In this document: in pieces, positions 13,075-22,741 of the stretch
How the letters are laid out: each line of letters opens with the position of its first letter
Position numbering within the stretch: position 1 is the first letter of the stretch
Origin: Blasia pusilla
Lineage: Eukaryota
Assembly: GCA_050084515.1 (NCBI GenBank)
Contig: CM114271.1
Span: forward strand, 21,080,001-21,144,000
Direction of reading: 5' to 3'
DNA: 64,000 nt
The notes under the pieces: generated by a model
What the model was told of the DNA's origin: nothing
Databases searched by the model: none
What the model saw: only the letters and a program-made list of their open reading frames with translations
Made by a program: the position numbers and the translations under genes

Positions 13075-13790
13075 GTGATTGCTGGATGGCCATGTGAGGG
13101 TCATTCATCAGCTGGCCGAGGATTCGGATTGCAGGATCCGAGGTCAAGGATGTTTTGGGAGATGCTGCGAGTAGTATGACACTTGCAGGAGAGTCAGACA
13201 TGTTCTCCAACGTATATCTTGGAGAATGTGCCATTGTTGGAAGACACTTGTGCACGTGTGATGACAAGTGTGTATCAGGTGAGGTCCTGGTTGGGACCTA
13301 CTGTATTATTAGATGCGGCGAGAGTTGGATCACGTGCCCATCGTCCACGACTTTGGTGGACAAACCTGATACCATCAGAGGTATTGAGTCGAGCATACGA
13401 TGGAGTCCAGAGAGCACCACATCTCACAATGGATGCTATTTTGGGCTCAGGGCGTCGATCTCAGGTGGTGACACGGGATGATAGACCACCGTTGGCCATG
13501 GCCAATAGGGTGGGGGAGTTGAGGGCAGCCTTACCTACGTTGGTGAGCTTACCAGCATCCCATGCCTTTCGTCAGGGAGGGCAAGGCATGATTTGGGATG
13601 AGGTGACTGGAGCATTGGAGGAGCCTACAGCAGATGAGCGCGAGCGCGCCATGGGGTTCGCTACTGGTACTACGGCGGTGCCAGGGATGACTGAGGCATC
13701 CCGGTGACAGGTGTTGGGGTAGGCGATGGACCTCAACTGTCTCACATGGATAGTCAGCCTAGGTATGGCTGAGCAGAGACGGATGCGAGT
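13075..13790 (+). pseudogene. Element B DNMT domain, motifs IV-X only
   Basis: VIAGWPCEGH, ILENV, RAHRPRLWWTN, ERERAMGF, LG*AMD; motifs I-III are deleted. Confidence 0.9.
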
Positions 13791-14069
13791 GTCATCCATG
13801 CCGTCACGTCCACGAGTTGGACCATTGCCCTCGAAGTGGTCATACGAGGCATTGGTGGGGCGAGACGAGGAGAGATAGGCACCCATGGACTTCCTGGGAC
13901 GTCGTTCAAGCAGAGAGTGCAAAGGCGGCGAGAGTAGCACATGTTCATTTTTGGATGCGGAGCATAGTGTAGGAGGTCTGAGTGGAGTGGCTGTTGCGGA
14001 GGTTGCTAGGGTTGCTACATATCAACCAAAGCCGGAGGTTGCGTCCTCTCCGAGTGAGGTCACGATGGA

Positions 14070-15480
14070 GACTTGGGAGCCTGTGATAGGTCTCAAGTTG
14101 ATAGGAGGAGAGCGACGTCGAGTTCATAGGTTTCTGAGAGGGCATGTCAGTTGTTTTGCCTTCAGTATGAGAGACTTGGGTACGCTGAAGGGTCCCGGGA
14201 TACGAATTGAGTTGGCTAGTGATATGCCGATCTTTCGTCGACCCTACAGGTATTCTGATATGGAGCAAGCCTTGATTTGAGCAAGAGTCAGGACTTGTTG
14301 GAGGCAGGACTTGTGGAGTTATCACATGGGGAGTATGCATCTGCCACAGTCATGTTGGCAAAGAAGGATATGTGTGGCAATTGGACGGATAGCTAAGCGG
14401 ATCTGTGGAGATTACCATCCTATCAACCGATCAGATCGGTACGCCATGCCTACTCCTGATGAGATCTTTGATGCGGTAGGGCATGCAAAGATCTTCAGTA
14501 CTTTAGATCTCCGTGCTGGCTATAATCAGCTTCCTATCAAGTGGGATAGATCGGTTCGGGAGAGATTGCTTGTATCAGTGGCGGTTCTTACCATTTGGGT
14601 TGAAGAACGCGCCTGTAGAGTTTCAGAGAGTAATGGATAGGATTTTGGCTGGCTTGGATTTTGTACGATGTTACATAGATGATATTCTTATCTTCAGTTC
14701 CACGGTTGAGGAGCATGAGCGACACTTGGAGGAGGTGTTTCGGCGATTGCGGTTACATGGACTAAAGTTACATCCAGGCAAGTGCAGATTCTTTCAAGAG
14801 TAGAATGAGTACTTGGGACACACTATATACCCGAGTGGGTCAGGCGTTTAGCAGACGAAGGTAGAGGCTATTGCATAGATTCCACGCCCTACAGATGTGA
14901 GTCGAGTTCGAGTATTTCTTGGACTGGAGAACTTGTATCGACGGTATGTCAAGGGTTTTAGTGCGATCGCAAAGTCTTTGACCTTGTTGACGAGACTTGA
15001 TCAGGTTTGGTTATGGGGAGATGATCAGGAGAAAGCATTTCAGGAGCTCAAGGATAGGTTGACGTCCTCACCCATTTTACACAGACCGGTTAGGGGTCGC
15101 CCATTCCTGTTACATACGGATTGGAGCATGTTGGGTCTAGGAGCAATGCTTACTCAAAGGGATGACGAGGAGAGGGAGTTCGTTGTGGCTTATGCGAGCC
15201 GATCGAACAACATTGCAGAGGCAAAGTAAAGCTCCTATGAGGGAGAGTGCTTGGCTGTAGTGTGGGCCGTGGCACATTTCAGGTGCTATTTATTTGGAAA
15301 CTCTTTCACACTTATCACTGATCATCAGCCGTTGAGGTGGTTGATGGAGTCCGACAAGCTTACGAGAAAGCTTGCCAAGTGGGCTCTATTACTACAGGAG
15401 TATGAGTTGAGGTGGTTCATAGGTCAGGTCGGCTGAACCAGGATGCCAATGGGTTGAGTTGTAACCCATGTCCGAGTCAA
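14070..15480 (+). pseudogene. Element B reverse transcriptase + RNase H
   Basis: ICGDYHPIN, STLDLRAGYNQL, LPFGLKNAP, YIDD, LHTDWS, TDHQPL; several stops and frameshifts. Confidence 0.93.
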
Positions 15481-15699
15481 AGAGACAACACAGGAGCTCG
15501 ATGGCACGGAGAGAGTGATGAGGAGATGGTGCCCGGTTGGCATGCATCTGCCTATCTTTGTTGGTTGACTATGGCGTGTCACCACGGTGATGACTCGGTG
15601 GTGGGGTTGGATGATGAGTCTTTGGATCCGGAGGTAAGTGAGGGCGACTGGTGGTCGTGATATCCATGACGACGTGGAGGTTGTGGAGTTCTTGCGACC

Positions 15700-16920
15700 T
15701 TTGGCGTCATTGCGAGTCTGATGAGTGCTAGGGAGCGGGATCGGATCCTATAGAGAGCCAAAAGGTTCAGGTGGGAGGGGACTCACATTTTGCGGGTATG
15801 GGGAGATGGTAGGATATGAGTGGTACCTCATCCTTCCCAGCGAGCACGTGTACTACGACATGCCCATGAGGAGTTGGGACATTTCGGAGTAAAGCGTACT
15901 TACAGCTTACTCCAGGTTCAGTATTGGTGGTGCGGCATGCATATTGGGGTACAACAGTTTGTGGCCAGATGTATGGTATGTGACAGAGTGCGAGCATCCT
16001 TCAATGCTCCCACTCCGCAGTTACATCCTTTTCCGATTATGGGTTTAGGTTATCGGTGGAGTTTAGACTTTGCGGGACCTTTGCCATTGACGGGGCGTCA
16101 TCATAGGTACGTGTTGGTCATGGTGGAGCATTTCTCCAAGTGGATAGAGTTGGTGGCACTACCAGACAAGGCAAGCGAGGGAACAACTTATGCGTTTCTA
16201 GATTGTGTGCTTAGTCACTTTGGTGCACCGGCGGAGGTGTTGACTGACCAGGGTACCGAGTTCAGGGGAGAGTTTCAGGCCTTGTGTGATGAGGCGTTGA
16301 TAGATCACCGCACCACGTCCAGAGATCATCTAGAGGTGGATGGGTTGGCGGAGAGAGTGGTATAGACGGTGAAGAGAGGATTACGCAAGTATGGCTTGCA
16401 GCAGGGACAGTTGAGGGAGTGGGACCTACAGTTGCCACGGTTGGCTATGGGTTATCGCTTTAGTCGGCAGGCATCCTTGACGTCGTTTTCACTGTATTTT
16501 TTGCTCTTTGGGAGAGAGCCAGATTTACTTGCAGCGATTCGACGTGACATGGCGGAGGTGTTAGATCTTGATGATCCAGATGTGTGGGTACAAGCATGTT
16601 CTTAGAGGGCGGAGGTTTTTCGTAGAGTTATGCCTATGGCCTTTGAGAACTTAGCTATTGCCCAACATAGAGATACGTTGAGGTACGCGACCATTTGTGG
16701 AGGAGGTTATCATCCAAGGATTAGGAGGTTTCATCTTGGAGATTAGGTGTATTTACAGCAAGTGGCACCCACTAGCGCTAGATCCTTTGCAGGCGCACGA
16801 TCCCGTGTGTGCGCGAGGTATTACCGACCAGAGTCCTCATGTTGGAGGGACGGGATGGTATGGTTTGGAAGGATCATGTGCACAATTGTGTGCCATGTCA
16901 TCTTTCAAACGTAGATGGGA
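15700..16920 (+). pseudogene. Element B DDE integrase
   Basis: HAHEELGH...CMVC zinc domain; catalytic D-D-E in WSLDFAGP, LTDQGTEF and GLAERVV. Confidence 0.93.
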
Positions 16921-16961
16921 CGGTGGATCCGAGCTTGGCAGTAGTACCTACAGGCTTGAGG

Positions 16962-17108
16962 TGTATGTTGTGCGGATCTGCGAGGGATGTAGCCACCATG
17001 TTGGTATGTGATGGTTGTTCTCGAGGGTGGCAGATGTCATGTCTGACCCCCCTCAGACATGACATCTGCCATGTCACGGGATGATGGATGTGTCCGAGAT
17101 GTGTATAG
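16962..17108 (+). pseudogene. PHD finger at the C-terminus of the element B polyprotein
   Basis: CMLC...MLVCDGCSRGW(Q)MSCL...WMCPRC fits the C4-H-C3 pattern with His replaced by Gln and one internal stop. Confidence 0.85.
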
Positions 17109-17184
17109 GGTAGTAGGTCATGTCAGAGAGATGCGATATTTTATATCTGGAGTTGGGGGGATCCAACTGCCAGCTAGGAAGGCG

Positions 17185-17322
17185 GTTGTGTGATCTCCAT
17201 GTATTTGTATGAGTTGATTTTTGTACATGTGTGGATCGACCCGTGTTTGGGGAAGATCGGTGTTGTGTGGTGTAGATGTAACCAGCGATGTATGTTGTGT
17301 AGCGATATGTATGCGCACGATA
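17185..17322 (+). repeat. Element B repeat B1 (internal)
   Basis: 17282-17320 recurs at 17834-17872. The 5' limit is inferred from homology to the A-element B1 boundary. Junction to A2 is ...CACGATA-GC-TGTCAC. Confidence 0.7.
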
Positions 17323-17324
17323 GC

Positions 17325-17808
17325 TGTCACGTCTGAGTAGCCGAAAGGTCGAGATCTATCGTGGATAGGGCGTAGGAGCCAACGGACTATCTTGAGTGTA
17401 ACTTTGTCCCACGGTGTCGGATGAGGTTGAGAATAGGTCCATTGTGTCAGGAACATCGTTTTTGACAACTTTCATGTTGAGGTCTTTCACAGCTGGATGA
17501 CTTGTTGACCAAGTCACCCGCCCCTGGTGACCTGTGCGCGCAGGTTACCAAGGGGAGGGCTATTTTTAGGGGAAGAGCCAAAAGGCTCTTCCCAACCCTA
17601 TATAAGAGAGGAAGGTGGCTTTCCTAAGTCATCTTTCTCATGTTGGGTCGTTGGAGCACCTCTCTTGTATGTGTGTGAGATAGGACTAGGGTGCTAGCGT
17701 CTGGATTCCTTGATAGCACAGGGTGGACGAGGCTCGATATGTCGATGTAGATTGAGGAGTGGAGTTTTAGGCCGGATATGCCATTTTTACTACTCTTTAT
17801 TTTTCATG
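17325..17808 (+). repeat. Element B repeat A2 (LTR-like)
   Basis: Matches 8395-8879. Confidence 0.95.
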
Positions 17809-17833
17809 TAAAAATAAAGAGTAGTAAAAATTG

Positions 17834-17872
17834 CCAACGATGTATGTTGTGTAGCAAGATGTATGCGCACGA
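17834..17872 (+). repeat. Element B repeat B2 (truncated, 3' terminal)
   Basis: CCAACGATGTATGTTGTGTAGCAAGATGTATGCGCACGA vs CCAGCGATGTATGTTGTGTAGCGATATGTATGCGCACGA at 17282. Confidence 0.85.
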
Positions 17873-18227
17873 GTGGTCACATCAGCCGAGTCGTATGATG
17901 TACTAGTTGGAGGATCTATTGTACCCGATGGGTTTTTAGATGGACTACTAGACTGAGACAGCGTCTTATAGACCTGGTTGGCAGTCCAGGGATGGACATA
18001 TGAGCCAGGTTCCTTTGAGATTTATTTATGGGGCTTGACCAGGAGGGTCTTCCCCAACGGTGTTAGCATCTGTGGCTAGTTTTAGTGGAGTAGTCACTTG
18101 GCCATGAGACTTTTTGGAGGGTAATCTTTTTGCTATGGATTCTCCTGTGCATGAGGAGGTAGAGGAGGTCCCTAGTCTTGCAGCAGTGGCATCCTCATCG
18201 TTGGATGTGCCACTTTGGAGTTCATGT
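17873..18227 (+). other. Inverted segment of element A (protease C-terminus and spacer)
   Basis: Plus-strand VVTSAESYDVLVGG...VPLWSSC bridges minus-strand DSSRLGVP (ending ~18228) and GALRHEADRLV (starting 8394), in the same order as in element C. Confidence 0.85.
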
Positions 18228-20350
18228 AGGTACTCCCAACCGGGAGCTATCAGTTGCATGATCTGGTCTCAACTATACATACAACTTCTCCCGTGTCATG
18301 AATTGAGACCTATCATTGGCTCCTCCAAGTGATGTTTGAATCTGGAATGGGCAAGGCTCAAGCTCTGACCTCCGAATACCCAAACCAATACATGCCGCCT
18401 TTCCCAACATCAAAGGTTGGGCACCAGAGTCTAAGAAGACTCTATGTGGTCTGTCTTGTAGGACTCTCCAATCGGAATATCCCACTCCGGTTGTCCAACA
18501 TAGATACACCATGTGTAAGCCTCTCACAATCAATGGTTGGCTGGGCTGGTAATGCATCCATCTTCGCCACTGCTGCCTGCCAAGTAGCATTGGTACTCAA
18601 TGCTACACCTGACATAGAGGGTCGCTCCACCGCAACACCCTTATCCACCTCAACATGTATAGTAGTAACACCCCCACGTTCACACAACGTGGCTGCTAGC
18701 TGAAATACAGGAGCTAAGTCAACTCCTAAAGCCATCAGATCCGTGGTTGAAAACAATGGCGATCCCAACACTAAAGTTGCCATCCACGATATTGCACTCG
18801 ATGCTGCATCCGTGTCTACTACACGCGATGTAGATGCCTCAATCCCCACTGTAGGCTCAATAGGTTGCGTAGGAACCATGGATGGAGTCCTAAGGACCTC
18901 AAACAACAAGAATGACTGGGGAAGCCTAGCCTGCCTCCCAGCCTCACCCCTCTGTGGGTCCAACTCCACAGTAGCACCATATGGCTCTGACGCTCGAGTG
19001 GCTCCTCTTGTAACTGCAGCTGATGCCTCAATGTGTGTTGCAATCGCCATATAAGAGAGATCGTCCCCTCCATAAGAGGTGGAAGCCCCTGAACCCGAAC
19101 CTGTTCTATGCTGGATACCAGCCATAGTAGCCAACTTCTGCTCCAACTGCTCAATCCTGGCAGCCATAATTGACTTTGTCATAGTGGTAGGGGTAGCCGT
19201 TGTAGGCTCTCCAACCACTGGTCCATCTCTACCACCCCTACCACCTTGGCCTCTTGGAGCTACTCCACCACGGCCGCGGCCTGATCTCAACTCTGGATGA
19301 AGATCAAAGCAACGCTCTCGAGGATGACCTGGTCTCCCGCAATGATCACACTAAGTTAGGGCCGACTGAGGCCCATCCTCCAAAGTCCGTCTCCCATCCT
19401 CTTGGAGACAAAACCTCCTAACATGATCATCTCCACATGTCCAACATGATTGTCCTTGCTGCGGGGCAGCAAATGAAGGCAATGGTCTCTACGCAAGTGT
19501 CCCTCTAGGACCTGACTGAGGTCGTGTGTACCCCCCACGACTCTCACTACTACTACCACCATCACTACTACAAGACTGTGAGGTGGATTGCTGAACACGA
19601 GAAGTAGTAGTTGTATCCCTACTGAATGCGGATGTCACCACTCTCTCCTCCACCATGTTAAGCTCAATCTTCTCACATAGAGCAAACACATGGGTCAATG
19701 TGGGTGAATCATCCCTCATAAGAGTAGCATCACGTGCCTGCGACGCAACTCTCTCGCCCAAGATCCCATACCAAAATCGGATGCTCGAGCCTCGGTCACA
19801 CCTAGGTAATGAAATCAAGCATTGCATACGAAAGAGTGTATGCCTCACGAAGACTCTCACCGGTCTTTCGCTCAAATTCTTGAAGACTCTCAACTTCTCT
19901 GTCTTCACTCCTGATAGTTCTTCTTCAACCTCTTGAAGAACTCGCAACCGGTTGAACGATGATGGGGCACTAGTACCTCCACTAGTACCCCACCGGTACC
20001 TCCATGGGTACCCACCCGGCTCGCACTGCACCACTTGGTGGCATATTAGAGCACTACTACCAATACCACCATGGATGATAGACACATAGCATGGAGACCA
20101 ATATTATCTCCACGCCTCAATCTCAACAACATGATCCTTCCTAAACTCATGGTTATCATCCATGGGTGGTCCCTCCAAGTGCTGAAACAACCCCTTCCAA
20201 GCCAAGAAGGGTGTAAACAACGTGGCGTTCTGCAACATCTGCATATCACACCACGTATCAAACTCCTGAATGAAGTCCTCCAACTCAATGGTGGAGAGTA
20301 TTGTCGTGGGCCCTTCATGGCCCCATATATCCCGTCCATGTCCCAAATCA
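18228..20350 (-). pseudogene. Element A gag (two zinc knuckles) + protease N-half
   Basis: EDFIQEFDTWCD, AWKGLFQHLEGPPMDD; knuckles CWTCGDDHVRRFC (19408-19446) and CDHCGRPGHPRERC (19309-19350); RGG-rich linker; protease FLDSGAQPLML. Confidence 0.88.
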
Positions 20351-22027
20351 ATGGAGCTGCAACACTCAATAACAACATAGAAGACTCGGTGTTTGGAACA
20401 CCCTCGTCCTCCTCTTCATCAACCGTCGAAAGTGGGAAAGGTAGCCGATACTTCAATCCACTCCGTGTAAAACCACCACTGTCCGCACCACGGTCCTCAA
20501 CCAGATCAACAGACAACTCCGTAATGACCAATTCCGATGCCGCACCACCACCAAATCACCACCACTAAGTAACCAAGTGACGTCGATGTTGCTGTACTAT
20601 TCTAGCTCTACTAGCTATGGGTGTAGGCAACCTAACCTGTCATCACCACAAGAAGCCTCCCACGGTCTACTGGTTATCACTCCAACCTCACTACCGGTAG
20701 CATACAAGAGTAAAACTACTCTGGAAAGCAGCGTCAACCCTAACAATGGGCACGCAAGCAAGAAGCAATGATGGAGGGGATCCAAACACAGGAAGTCCAA
20801 CGACAACCCTCCAATCGCAAATGGAAATCAAGGTAACACAATCCACCAAACGTGGCGCCCCCTAAATCCACAGAACCCACCACACAATTCTAACGCAATA
20901 GCTACTCCGCCGCTGGTCGATGACGTGCTAGTCGGACTCGCAGCACCTGAAAATATCACATGCATGGAGAGGCTACACCGTACTATACGCTAGAGGTCCA
21001 TCAACCAAAAACCTGAGATGCATAAAGCGCCTAACACATCTCCGAACATCACCAAATGAGCTACACCAATGTGTACACTGGCATAATTAAGAACTCAGCA
21101 GTTAAGCATCTTCCAAGCAGAATAGCCCAAAGATGGGTGACCAATTATGCAATACTCAACTAAGAAATCTGCAAAAACTACCTCACGCCCAAGCAAGCAT
21201 GCTTGCTCGCTTGCTTCTTGCTCCTTACTCCGCCTCTCACGCCCACTCGCCCCGAGCTACCACGAGTTGCCTCGAAGCCTCAAAACGCCGAGACATGCCC
21301 CGTTTGCCATGCTTCGCTATGGAAAGAGGCCCAACCAGAGCGCCCCCAATGGGATAGGCTTTCCAACAACGGACGAATCACCAACCAACCAGCCCCTCCA
21401 ATCTGCTGTCCACCATAGCCACACCTTGAGCTAGTCCAAAATTTCGATCAGCAATCACTCCATAAATAGTCAACCAAAATTGAATTTGTTTCAACTAGAA
21501 TTCAATTAGCCGCCATAGCTATCTCTCCACAAAAATCAGCTACAACCAAAATCTGTACTCCGAGCTAAAAATCAGACAAACTTGCTATCCATACACCTCC
21601 AGAATCGTAAATCCGACAGCGCTTCCGCCCAGATTCATGCACACAGAAATCCGCAATGCTCCATACACTCAAGCAGATAGCTTCACATGAGATCACAATA
21701 CAGGTAGCAACAGAAACCTCTCACCCAATCTGGATGAACTTCAACAGAGCTTCCGCACTCCAAGCTCTCCACATCAGAAAACCGTCAAACACAAATCAGA
21801 ATCTTCAATCCTTGATAACTTCCAACTCCCTTGACAAAATCCGGTGATCTAAAGCGCGTTGGAAAGCTCTCAACAAGGCGCTTCTTTCCAACCAACCACG
21901 CACCAGATTCACACCTCCAACATAGGCCACAAGCCACAAACATCCACGGCTGAGTACATAATCAGCCCTAACCAGATCCTACTGATCCATGATCGAAGCT
22001 ACCATCGATCTACTCTAGTTATTTGAG

Positions 22028-22395
22028 TGAAATCCTTGAAAGACCGACTATCATAAAACATATATAGAATCATATACAATCGAGCCAAACCCACTCCAAG
22101 ATGGGAGAATCCAGGTCGAAGCTTGGGGAAACCACCATAGCGAAGAGCTCTATTCACTACCAAGGCTAACTCCCAACGCAACAGGCTCAACTCAAAGAAC
22201 TAACAGTTCTTTGAGTGCACTCCACACTATATCCTCCAACCTAAGAGCCGGCCCTACTGGAAAAGTCACCCTCAACTAAGTAACCCCCGACCCTATGTAT
22301 GAAACCGTATCTCTACCTGGACACTACGGCCCTACATAAGGTATGGCCTCTGCTAGCACACTATACTTTATGACATAATCCGTATGGTCATGACA
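22028..22395 (-). repeat. Element A repeat A1 (5' LTR-like)
   Basis: Matches 3982-4349; followed in element sense by CTCAAATAACTAG, not by a TGG-type PBS. Confidence 0.95.
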
Positions 22396-22741
22396 AGTGC
22401 TTCTTCCATGCATACAAGAAACAATCTATCTTGCATAGTACCTAACCCCTAAGAGAACACAACCGGCCATACTGGTTGAAAGTATTTCAAGTACCTGCGA
22501 AGGCGATGGAAGGGGCTCCCTAAGTAAGCTTAAATAGTTCCTAGGGGGCCGTTACAGGGATAAATAATTAATCCCTAGGGGACCTCTTAAGCAACTACCT
22601 CTATTTCATATAGAATTGACTCTCGCTTAACCCATTATTGGAGGTTAGGGCTGAATAGACGTTGACCTAATACATAATTACGCCCCCCTACAAGCAATAA
22701 TTAATTCCCCCCTCTCAAAGGGCTGCAAACAAGATTTTGGG

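Larger units (their letters stand above)
8395..17872 (+). mobile_element. Element B: second DNMT-carrying gypsy-like retrotransposon, nested in A in opposite orientation
   Basis: ~485-bp repeat starting TGTCAC at 8395 and 17325; B-type repeat at 17282-17320 recurring at 17834-17872; gag-PR-DNMT-RT-RH-IN-PHD remnants on the plus strand. Confidence 0.93.
3876..22395 (-). mobile_element. Element A: Ty3/gypsy-like retrotransposon carrying a C5 DNA methyltransferase, with split direct repeats; interrupted by nested element B
   Basis: 368-bp repeat at 22028-22395 and 3982-4349; 107-bp repeat at 4352-4458 and 3876-3982. Element-sense termini are TGTCATG...CATGACA. Flanks cgtg/agtg may be a degenerate 4-bp TSD. 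gag, PR, DNMT, RT, RH and IN remnants are on the minus strand. Confidence 0.92.

Noticed and set aside
3876-22395. DIRS/Ngaro classification suggested by the split repeats and the methyltransferase
   Set aside because: The elements have an aspartic protease, a DDE integrase and a C5 (not N6-adenine) methyltransferase; no tyrosine-recombinase motifs were seen.
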